Source of the DNA: a bacterium
GTDB taxonomy: Bacteria > Bacillota > Clostridia > Oscillospirales > Oscillospiraceae
Direction of reading: 5' to 3'
Length of the DNA stretch: 64,000 nt
NCBI GenBank assembly: GCA_963625685.1
Contig: CAVFTR010000010.1
Coordinates: 1,710-65,709 of the forward strand
Shown here: piece by piece, positions 36,810-44,913 of the stretch
Layout of the letters: every line of letters begins with the position of its first letter
Numbering within the stretch: the first letter of the stretch is position 1
Translations under genes and position numbers: made by a program
The notes under the pieces: model-generated
Told to the model about the DNA's origin: nothing
What the model saw: the letters and a program-made list of their open reading frames with translations, nothing else
The model's database searches: none

Positions 36810-36911
36810 TTACTTGAAATACTCGAAGAACTCCTTGATCGCTCCGATGGCTATCTTTGCAGCCTCGTCAGCGTCGGCCTTGTCGAGAATGTCAAGAATG
36901 ATGTCCCACAT
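36810..36911 (-). CDS. 33-aa micro-ORF (MWDIILDILDKADADEAAKIAIGAIKEFFEYFK), hypothetical
   Basis: Below the ORF-track cutoff. RBS GGAGGAA is 6 nt upstream of the ATG. The stop is 8 nt from the strong terminator at 36769-36802. Predicted acidic amphipathic helix. Confidence 0.4.
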   Translation of the reverse strand: MWDIILDILDKADADEAAKIAIGAIKEFFEYFK

Positions 36912-37000
36912 GGTTTTTTCCTCCTTCTTTGCAGATTCAATTTCCTTGCTCCATGATCCACTTTAAAGGAGAAATATTAAAATAACATTAGAAAGTTAGT

Positions 37001-38069
37001 CTATTTATTTGCAATAGCTTTAGAAACTTTAAAATAGTGTATCGCCATGAGCACGATGAACACGCTGCTGCAATAGCCGAATATGGGGTAGACGACGCCG
37101 ATTAGGTCGCCGAAGCCGAAGAGGCTGCCGAGGAACATGCACAGGGCGCACAGCGCGGTGAAGGGCTTTCTGCCCCGCGTTATGCGCTCGCTCTTCGCCG
37201 CGAGCATGCTCACGAAGGCCACGAGGCTCGAAAGCGCCGTGCCGAACATCGCAAGCAGCAGCAGTACGCCGTAGATATAGCCCCATGCAGCGCCGCGGCT
37301 CTGCGCCAGGGCGAGCATCGGCAGCTCCGCCGAGGCGGTCTCGGGCGCGGCGGAGACGGATACGAGCACGCTGCCGGCTATGATCAGCAGCACGCAGGCG
37401 CCGACCGCGATGCCGCCGACCGCGGCTTTTCTGCTGTTTACATACGGGCCGAGCGGCGCGATCATGGCGATGCTGCCGAATACGTTATAGCAGGCAAAGC
37501 TCACCGCCGCGACGAGCCACGAGCTCATCAGCGGATTGCTGCCGCCGGCCGATTCCGGCAGGACGACGCCGTTTGCGCACACGCTCATGACGCCGAAGAC
37601 GAGCGTTACGACCGACAGCACCGGCACCGTGGCCGAGAAGGCCGAGACCATGCCCGAAAAGCCCGCCAGCGATACCATCGCGACGAGCGTGACGAATACC
37701 GCCGAGCCTACAAACGGCGCAAGGCCGAACAGCTGGCTCAGAAGCGCGCCTATGCCGGCGGACATGATCGTACCCACGCCGAACAGGAACAGCAGCTCCA
37801 GTATCAGGACCGCGCAGCGCAGCAGCGGCACGTTCCAGCACACGACGAGCCTGTCGATCTCGCGCAGCCCCGTGAGCCTGCCCAGCAGGATCATCACGAC
37901 GCCCGTTAAAAACAGCAGGCCCACGGCTATCAGCAGTCCGGCGGCGCCCTTCGCGCCGAAGGAGCCGAAAAACTGCCACAGCTCCTGTCCGGAGACGTAG
38001 CCGGCTCCCAGAAAGCAGCCGGCAAACGCCAGCCCCAGATTGAAGCATCCTATTTTTTTGATAGCGCAT
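37001..38069 (-). CDS. YkvI-family membrane protein, reading frame interrupted in an A7 run near the 5' end
   Basis: ORF track 37001..37924 (GTG). The same frame upstream encodes ...IGCFNLGLAFAGCFLGAGYVSGQELWQFF, the conserved YkvI N-terminal GAG..SGQE motif, with no canonical start. An ATG at 38069 (MRYQK) is in another frame. Removing one A from the A7 run (plus-strand T7 at 38053-38059) joins them. Confidence 0.7.
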
Positions 38070-38121
38070 CAACGCCTTTCTTGTTTACTTGAAAATATGC
38101 GCGCGCCGGGGTATAATCATC

Positions 38122-38763
38122 TCAGCTCTGCCCCTCGGCGAATTGGCAGACCGGACGCAGTGTGCAGCGCTCGCAGCCGGGCCTTCGCGCGGTGCAGACG
38201 GCGCGGCCGTGCAGCACGATGCGGTGGCAGAAGTCGGAGCTCTTCTCCGGCGGGAGGCAGGAGCGCAGCTCGCGCTCGATCTTTTCGGGCTCCTTCAGTC
38301 CGTCGACGAGACCCAGGCGGTTGGATATGCGTATGCAGTGCGTGTCCACGACGACCGAGCCGGGCAGTCTGAATATATCGCCGAGGATGAGGTTGGCGGT
38401 CTTGCGCCCGACGCCGGGCAGCTTCAGCAGCTCGTCCATGCTCCCCGGCACCCTGCCGCCGAAATCACGCACGAGCATCTGCGCGGCGGCGACGATATCG
38501 CGGGCCTTGGCCCTGTAAAAGCCGCAGGAGCGCACGTATCGCTCGACCTCGGTCACCTCGGCCGCGGCAAAGCTCCCGAGCGTCGGGAAGCGCTCAAACA
38601 GCGCCGGCGTTATCTCGTTTACGCGCGCGTCGGTGCACTGCGCGGCAAGCCGCACGGAGAACAGGAGCTCATAGTCCTTTTTATAATCGAGCGTGCAGTC
38701 GGCGAGGGGGTAGGCCTCCTCCAGCAGCCGCACTATCTCCGAAACCTGCTGCTTTGTGCGCAT
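38122..38763 (-). CDS. nth: endonuclease III
   Basis: ORF track 38122..38979. The real start is the ATG at 38763, after GAGGTGA. HhH-GPD motif LPGVGRKTANL and C-terminal 4Fe-4S ligands C-x6-C-x2-C-x5-C are present. Confidence 0.9.
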   Translation of the reverse strand: MRTKQQVSEIVRLLEEAYPLADCTLDYKKDYELLFSVRLAAQCTDARVNEITPALFERFPTLGSFAAAEVTEVERYVRSCGFYRAKARDIVAAAQMLVRDFGGRVPGSMDELLKLPGVGRKTANLILGDIFRLPGSVVVDTHCIRISNRLGLVDGLKEPEKIERELRSCLPPEKSSDFCHRIVLHGRAVCTARRPGCERCTLRPVCQFAEGQS

Positions 38764-38854
38764 ATATATCACCTCTTCACGGTATTTTAACACATACTCG
38801 GCCGCCGCGCCACAGCAAATGCGGCCGGGCTCAAAATTTTCCGGAGGAAAACAC

Positions 38855-40114
38855 ATGTACAAGCCTCTTGCAGACGAAATAAGGCCGCGCAGCCTCGACG
38901 ATGTGGTCGGCCAGAAGCATATCCTCGGCAGCCGCGGCCTGCTGCGCCGCATAGTCGAGAGCGGCAGCGTTCCGAACATGATATTCTACGGCCCCTCTGG
39001 TACGGGCAAGACCACGGTCGCGCGCATAATCGCGGAGAAAACGAACCGCACGCTGCGCAAGCTCAACGCCACGACCGCCGGACTTTCGGATATCAAGGAG
39101 ATCATCGCCGAGCTCGACACGCTGCTGACCCCCGGCGGCGTGCTGCTGTACCTCGACGAGATACAGTATTTCAATAAAAAGCAGCAGCAGTCGCTGCTGG
39201 AGTTTATCGAGGACGGGCGCATAACGCTGATCGCCTCGACGACGGAGAACCCGTATTTCTGCGTGTTCGGCGCTATCCTCAGCCGCTCGACGGTGTTTGA
39301 GTTCAAGCCGGTAACGCCCGAAGAGGCAGAGCCGGCCGTGCTGCGCGCGTTCAGCATGCTCGCCGAACGCGAGGGCCTGTCTCCGGAGCTCGAGCCGGGC
39401 GTTGTACAGCGGATAAGCCGCTCCTGCGGCGGCGACGTGCGCAAGGCCCTAAACGCCGTGGAGCTGCTGTTTTCCGCCGCCGAGCGCGATGGGGACAGGC
39501 TGATAATAAGCCTCGCGGATGCCGATACCGTCACGCAGAAAAGCGCGATGCGCTACGACCGTGACGGCGACGAGCACTTTGACGCGCTGTCGGCGCTGAT
39601 GAAATCGCTGCGCGGCTCGGACCCGGACGCCGCGCTGCACTATCTTGCTCGGCTGCTGGAGGCCGGAGATCTTGTCGGAGCCTGCCGCAGACTGCTGTGC
39701 TCTGCCAGCGAGGATATAGGCCTTGCCTATCCGCAGGCGGTGCCCATCGTCAAGGCCTGCGTGGACTCGGCTCTGCAGCTCGGTCTGCCCGAGGCACGGC
39801 TCCCGCTCGCCGAGGCGGCTATCTTCCTTGCGACCGCGCCGAAGTCGAACAGCGTCGTCATGGCCATAGACGCCGCGATAGGCGACGTGCGCGCCGGTAA
39901 GAGCGGCCCGCCGCCGCGCGAGCTTCAGAACGTACACGCCGACGGCACGGGCTTTGAGCGCGAGCAGGGCTATAAATACCCGCACAGCTACCCTAAGCAC
40001 TGGGTGCGCCAGCAATACCTGCCGGACGCGCTCAAGGGGGCGCGCTACTACGATTACGGCGACAACAAGCTTGAGCAGACAGCCAGAAAATACTGGGACG
40101 AGATAAAAAAGTGA
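38855..40114 (+). CDS. rarA: replication-associated recombination protein A (AAA+ ATPase RarA/MgsA)
   Basis: ORF track 38756..40114. ATG at 38855 follows GGAGGAA. Contains PLADEIRPRSLDDVVGQ, Walker A GPSGTGKTT and the C-terminal MgsA block YKYPH. Confidence 0.9.
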   Translation: MYKPLADEIRPRSLDDVVGQKHILGSRGLLRRIVESGSVPNMIFYGPSGTGKTTVARIIAEKTNRTLRKLNATTAGLSDIKEIIAELDTLLTPGGVLLYLDEIQYFNKKQQQSLLEFIEDGRITLIASTTENPYFCVFGAILSRSTVFEFKPVTPEEAEPAVLRAFSMLAEREGLSPELEPGVVQRISRSCGGDVRKALNAVELLFSAAERDGDRLIISLADADTVTQKSAMRYDRDGDEHFDALSALMKSLRGSDPDAALHYLARLLEAGDLVGACRRLLCSASEDIGLAYPQAVPIVKACVDSALQLGLPEARLPLAEAAIFLATAPKSNSVVMAIDAAIGDVRAGKSGPPPRELQNVHADGTGFEREQGYKYPHSYPKHWVRQQYLPDALKGARYYDYGDNKLEQTARKYWDEIKK

Positions 40115-40124
40115 GGTGCAGATC

Positions 40125-40313
40125 ATGCCGATGGACATACGTGTCGGCGACGTGCTGACGATGAAAAAGGCGCACCCCTGCGGCGAAAAGCGCTGGCAGG
40201 TGCTGCGCATCGGCGCGGACTTCAAGCTCCGCTGCCTCGGCTGCGGCCGCGAGGTCATGGGCCCGCGCAGTAAATTCGAGAAGAATATACGGGACATAAG
40301 CCGCGCTGAATGA
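40125..40313 (+). CDS. DUF951-family small protein
   Basis: About 62 aa. MPMDIRVGDVLTMKKAHPCGEKRWQVLRIGADFKLRCLGCGR is the typical DUF951 pattern. RBS GAGGTG. Confidence 0.7.
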   Translation: MPMDIRVGDVLTMKKAHPCGEKRWQVLRIGADFKLRCLGCGREVMGPRSKFEKNIRDISRAE

Positions 40314-40378
40314 GCTGAAAAAACCGCACCCCCGATACCGGTCATCCGGCGTCGGGGGTGCATTCTTATGAGCTCAGA

Positions 40379-41542
40379 TCACTTTATATGGTTTACAACA
40401 TCCGCCCACTGCTTTGTGCGTGTGTACAGGGACTCGAGAATAGCATATTCTCTTGTGGTATGATTCCACTCGCCCTGGATGCCGCAGCTGCACAGGGACG
40501 GCACGCCGGCTATTACGGCGTAGGCCGCATCCGAGGAGCCGCCGATATGCTTGAGCGGGAAGTCGCCGAAGCCGTCCTCCACGCAGATATCGTGGACCTT
40601 CCGGTACAGTTCCATGACGCTCTCGGTGCACTCAAAGGGCAGCATCTCCATCTGATATTCCATGGTGGTCGTCGTGCCTTCGATATAGGTCTTCGCCGCA
40701 ATCTCCTCGATCTTTTTCTTTACCTTCTGCATTTCTTCGACAGAGGTCGCGCGCACGTCAAACGTCGCCTCCGCGTGGGCCGGAAACGCGCCGAAGTTCG
40801 TGCCGCCGTGGATGACGTCGACGCAGACCGTGGTGCCGACGTCGAGATTCGTAAGTGCCTGAATATCGCTGACCTTTCTGCACAGCTCTGCGATCGCGTT
40901 TCTGCCGCGTGCAAAGTCGTTTCCGGCATGTGCAGAGACGCCCTCGACATACAGCGCCACCTCGGTCTTGCCCTTACGGGAAACACAGAGGTCGCCGCCA
41001 GGCAGACCGGTTTCCATATTGAGCATGAACTCGCCGCCGCGGCAGAATTCCTCGAACTGAGCCGCGGTATTGCCGTACTTGTGCAGCTTCTCTTCATCGG
41101 GAGCAAAGCAGATCTTGAGCGGACGGCCCTCATAGCCGATCTCCTTGAGTGCCTTGCAGACATACAGCGCGATAACGATGCCGCCTTTCATATCCAGAAC
41201 GCCGGGGCCGTGGACCTTGCCCTCCTCGTCGATCTCGAAGCCGCAGGGGAAGGAGCCGGGTTTGTGAACGGTATCCATGTGGCCGCCGAATATGATGGGC
41301 TTGCCCGGACGGTCCTCTCCGAGGATGCCGGTGAGCATGTCGCCGCTTTCATCCGTGCCGACATCGCTCAGCCTGCAGCTGAAGCCGACTTCCTCGAACA
41401 GTTCCATAAGCATCCTGCCCATGGCGCGCACATCCTCCGGGGCGCTGTGGTAGCTCTCCTGCAGGATGACCCTGCGGTAGGTCTCAAGCATCTCCTCTCT
41501 GTGGGACTCGACATATGCGTTTATTTTTTCAAGATCAGTCAT
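40379..41542 (-). CDS. M20-family metallopeptidase (carboxypeptidase G2 / ArgE-DapE-ACY1-like)
   Basis: 387 aa with metal ligands in GGHMDTV, GPGVLDMKGG and APDEE. Last gene of the GRE operon. Confidence 0.85.
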   Translation of the reverse strand: MTDLEKINAYVESHREEMLETYRRVILQESYHSAPEDVRAMGRMLMELFEEVGFSCRLSDVGTDESGDMLTGILGEDRPGKPIIFGGHMDTVHKPGSFPCGFEIDEEGKVHGPGVLDMKGGIVIALYVCKALKEIGYEGRPLKICFAPDEEKLHKYGNTAAQFEEFCRGGEFMLNMETGLPGGDLCVSRKGKTEVALYVEGVSAHAGNDFARGRNAIAELCRKVSDIQALTNLDVGTTVCVDVIHGGTNFGAFPAHAEATFDVRATSVEEMQKVKKKIEEIAAKTYIEGTTTTMEYQMEMLPFECTESVMELYRKVHDICVEDGFGDFPLKHIGGSSDAAYAVIAGVPSLCSCGIQGEWNHTTREYAILESLYTRTKQWADVVNHIK

Positions 41543-41572
41543 TGCGTTTTCCTCCTTCTATTGTAATTGATA

Positions 41573-42757
41573 TTACAGTATCTTTGAGATAAAATTCGCC
41601 AGCACGACGGAAAGCAGGGTAACATTCGTAAAGCCGGCGATGACATAGGCCGTTCCGAGCTTTTCGGAAATATGATCGCGTTCTGCATCGGTCTTGCCGA
41701 CAGCGATGGCGATCTCGTCGGAAATCAGCTGCGTACCTGGATAACCGATCATCTGGCACATTGCAATGCCCAGTGAAAGGCTTTTTGAACCGCATATCCT
41801 CCACAGCGGAGTAAAGCGGAAGGCCAGGACCAGGATGATCATGACGAACGCAAATATAACGAGCGCGTTGAAACCGATGACAGGGATCTCCGAAATGTCG
41901 ATTTTCGCCAGCGAAGGGATCATAGTGATCATGGTAAGGAAGCTGAAGAAGCCGACCGACTTCGAGTTGTCTCTCAGGAAGTGGCTGGGGACGAGGCCCA
42001 AATTCCTTGCCGCGATGCCGAGGATCATGCTCCACATCGTCTGGCCGATCCATCCGTTGGTGGCGTTGCCCAGAAGATACGCCAGGAAAACGAGCGTACC
42101 CGCGATCGCAAGGCAGACAAAGTTGCTGTAAAAGTGTATGTGCTTCTGCCAGAACAGCAGCTTCTCCTCGCCCTTTTCGGATTTGGACTCGGTTTCCGCG
42201 CTGTGATCCCGCTTGCTGTACTCCTCCATCAGCTGATTTGCGTACTTAAGGCCGCCGTTGGAGGCAGGGAGCGTGGCGACAAGCTTCTGCGTGGCATAGA
42301 TGAACGTAGCCAGCGCCGCGCAAGTCGGAAGTCCGACGTTTTCGGCCGCCGTCACCATGGTATTTGCCGCGACGACGCCGCCGGCGATTACCGGCATGCT
42401 GACGAGGGCCGACTCTCTTCCGATGATCGGAATAGCTATCGCGCAGCCCAGCACCGCCAGAAGCAGAGAGATCGTCGCCGTGAGAACGGTGCGCCATTCT
42501 TTTTTGAGCTCCGCCAGGCCGACGCTGCTGCCCATATCGACAAGGAGAAATTGCAGTCCTATTCCGGTCACGTAGGTCAGGTTTGCGGTAGTACAGATAT
42601 CGTCGGGGATAGCATGGGTCAGAAACAGGACCAGAAAAGTCGCCATGATGACAAACATCGTAGACACTTTTGCCTTCGTCAGCACCCCGATGATATCTCC
42701 GAAGGCGAATACCAGCAGGATGATGAACAGGGCTCCAAACGTTGTCAGATTCGTCAT
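41573..42757 (-). CDS. polytopic membrane protein, putative transporter (family not recognised)
   Basis: 394 aa. Two blocks of about 5-6 TM helices are separated by a charged loop (EEYSKRDHSAETESKSEKGEEK). Located 30 nt upstream of the M20 gene. Confidence 0.55.
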   Translation of the reverse strand: MTNLTTFGALFIILLVFAFGDIIGVLTKAKVSTMFVIMATFLVLFLTHAIPDDICTTANLTYVTGIGLQFLLVDMGSSVGLAELKKEWRTVLTATISLLLAVLGCAIAIPIIGRESALVSMPVIAGGVVAANTMVTAAENVGLPTCAALATFIYATQKLVATLPASNGGLKYANQLMEEYSKRDHSAETESKSEKGEEKLLFWQKHIHFYSNFVCLAIAGTLVFLAYLLGNATNGWIGQTMWSMILGIAARNLGLVPSHFLRDNSKSVGFFSFLTMITMIPSLAKIDISEIPVIGFNALVIFAFVMIILVLAFRFTPLWRICGSKSLSLGIAMCQMIGYPGTQLISDEIAIAVGKTDAERDHISEKLGTAYVIAGFTNVTLLSVVLANFISKIL

Positions 42758-42795
42758 ATCTTTATCCTCTGAATCAGTTGCTCTGTGCTTTTATC

Positions 42796-43284
42796 TTACA
42801 TAAGGCCCATAAGGACAAGGATGAGCCGCATCAGCAGCATGCCGATAACGGAATCGAAGATCGGGACGAGGAGCATCAGCGGCTGCCTCTTGGACTCGAC
42901 GCCGCAGACCAGAACTATTCTGGAGAAGTGGCCGATCAGTGTGCCCATCAGCATGCAGGGAATGATCAGGATCGTACACTGTGCAGCGGTCAGAATGCCC
43001 TCACCGAACAGCGAGGCAGCTGCGGCAGCGCCGGCAGCCTTGGAGAAGAACGCCGACAGCAGAACGGCCGAGGCCTCGCCGGGAAGTCCGAACACGCGCA
43101 TAACAGGTCCAAAAACTACGGCCAGAATGTCCATAAGGCCGGTCAGGGTCAGAAACTGCATGACGACATAGCCGAGGATCATGGAAGGAAGAACAGTCTC
43201 GACGCCGATGTAGAAGCCTCTCTTCGCGCCGCCGAGGAAAACGTCGATAATGGGTTTTTTCTTGGTGTTTGCAGCTTCAGACAT
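42796..43284 (-). CDS. YjiG/SpmB-like nucleoside-recognition-domain membrane protein
   Basis: 162 aa. The start pattern IDVFLGGAKRGFYIGVETVLPSM is typical of YjiG/SpmB-type proteins. Located 2 nt after the YjiH-like gene. Confidence 0.65.
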   Translation of the reverse strand: MSEAANTKKKPIIDVFLGGAKRGFYIGVETVLPSMILGYVVMQFLTLTGLMDILAVVFGPVMRVFGLPGEASAVLLSAFFSKAAGAAAAASLFGEGILTAAQCTILIIPCMLMGTLIGHFSRIVLVCGVESKRQPLMLLVPIFDSVIGMLLMRLILVLMGLM

Positions 43285-43286
43285 GA

Positions 43287-43922
43287 TTAAGCCTCCTTAT
43301 TTTTCTTCTCTTCGAGAGTCAGGACAAGTCTTACAAGGTTCGCGCCCAGTATTTTGCAGAAGAACAGGACGACGATAACGGGACCGGCGGCGAAGAGGAT
43401 GATGGGAAGCAGCGCCGCCTGCGTGTTCATGGTGTTGAGAACGACCGCTGAACCGGCATACTGATATGCCGCGAAAATGGCGCGTTCCTTCTCGGTGAGC
43501 TTGCCTTCGTTGTAGAGGTCTCTGGTCATGACAGAGCCGACGTCGGAGCTGGTAAAGGAGGAAACGAATGCGATGCCGCACTCACCGGGGATACCGAGCA
43601 CCGGCCTGAGGATGGGGGTGAAGAGCTTGACGCCGGCGTCAATGGCTCCCAGCTGGGTGACGACGTCGATGATGGCGACTGCAAAGGCGATCGCGGGGAT
43701 CAGGCTGAGCGCCTGCATCATACCCTCTCTTGCGCCTGCGCCGCCCTTGCCGATGAAGTTCTGTCCGCTCTCACCTATCGTTCCCCAGGAGCCGACCAGG
43801 TTGGAGAAGTCCAGAGCCTGCAGCGGGCCGTCGACATTTTTCAGAACGCCCGAGAACATGATACAAAGGACGAGCAGCGCCAGCCAGCCTTTGATGCCTA
43901 CTTTGTTTTCTTTCTGTTCCAT
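43287..43922 (-). CDS. YjiH/SpmA-like nucleoside-recognition-domain membrane protein
   Basis: ORF track 43287..43991. The likely start is the ATG at 43922, after GAGGT. Polytopic, paired with the YjiG-like gene. Confidence 0.65.
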   Translation of the reverse strand: MEQKENKVGIKGWLALLVLCIMFSGVLKNVDGPLQALDFSNLVGSWGTIGESGQNFIGKGGAGAREGMMQALSLIPAIAFAVAIIDVVTQLGAIDAGVKLFTPILRPVLGIPGECGIAFVSSFTSSDVGSVMTRDLYNEGKLTEKERAIFAAYQYAGSAVVLNTMNTQAALLPIILFAAGPVIVVLFFCKILGANLVRLVLTLEEKKNKEA

Positions 43923-44016
43923 AGTGTACCTCAATCCTTTTTTATTATAATCATTTACACTTAACGCTGCCGCAGGCGGAAGCGCTTGCATACAGTTTTT
44001 CCGACGGAGGGAGTTC

Positions 44017-44913
44017 TCAGCGGAAATCCGCGAGCTCGACTCCCTCTTCCGCGACGATCTTCCTTAAATGCTCCATCTCCTCGGCGGAGGGACGGTAGAA
44101 CTGCTCGCTCCGGTATGGCCGGCCTATCGCTTCGTACTTTATCATCCCGAAGCTGTGATACGGCAGGAGCTCCATCCTCGCCTTCGGGATATTGGCATGC
44201 ACGAACGCGGCGGAGCGGCGGATATTGTCCTCGTCATTATTTACGCCGCCGATTACCGGGATGCGTATCACGGCCTCGCCAGGCAGCTTTTCGAGTCTTT
44301 TCATGTTCTCCAGTATCTTTTCATTGGCAAGGCCCGTATATTTTTTGTGGACCGCGCTGTCGATATGCTTGAGATCCATGAAGATCAGGTCCATCCGCTC
44401 CAGTGACTGCCTGACCGTCTCGAACTCGAAATATCCGCTGGTCTCGATCGTCATGCCGTAGCCCATGTCGTATATATGCTCTGTCAGATAGTTCAGAAAT
44501 TCCGGCTGACCGGTGGCTTCGCCGCCCGAAAAGGTGATGCCGCCGCCGCTCATTGCGTAGAACAGGCGGTGCTTCTGAACAGACTCCAGTATCTCATCGG
44601 CGTCGACCTCATACACCATAAAGCAGCGTGCATTTGTCGGGCAGACCTCGGTGCACCTGCCGCAGGCAATGCATTTATCGCGCTTCTCGTTGAGGTTTAT
44701 GCCTATGCCCTGCGGGCACACGGCCGCGCATTTGCCGCAGCCGATGCACTTGCGCTGATGCCAGCCGACCAGCGCTCTGCGGCTGAAGCCCTCGGGATTT
44801 GAGCACCATTTGCAGCGGAGCGGGCATCCGGCGAGAAATATGGTCGTCCGGATGCCGTTTCCGTCGTTGACGGAAAAGGGCTGCAGCTGCATTACATAGC
44901 CTTTTACGCTCAT
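44017..44913 (-). CDS. glycyl-radical enzyme activating protein (radical SAM, with two auxiliary 4Fe-4S motifs)
   Basis: 298 aa with radical-SAM CPLRCKWC, plus CIGCGKCAAVCP and CIACGRCTEVCP. Its start overlaps the GRE stop (TGATG). Confidence 0.9.
   Translation of the reverse strand: MSVKGYVMQLQPFSVNDGNGIRTTIFLAGCPLRCKWCSNPEGFSRRALVGWHQRKCIGCGKCAAVCPQGIGINLNEKRDKCIACGRCTEVCPTNARCFMVYEVDADEILESVQKHRLFYAMSGGGITFSGGEATGQPEFLNYLTEHIYDMGYGMTIETSGYFEFETVRQSLERMDLIFMDLKHIDSAVHKKYTGLANEKILENMKRLEKLPGEAVIRIPVIGGVNNDEDNIRRSAAFVHANIPKARMELLPYHSFGMIKYEAIGRPYRSEQFYRPSAEEMEHLRKIVAEEGVELADFR

Noticed and set aside
37485-38072. 195-aa ORF on the minus strand overlapping the 5' part of the ykvI-like gene.
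   Set aside because: Only its first ~5 codons (MRYQK) appear genuine. The rest is an Arg-rich out-of-frame read of the ykvI coding sequence created by the A7 frameshift.
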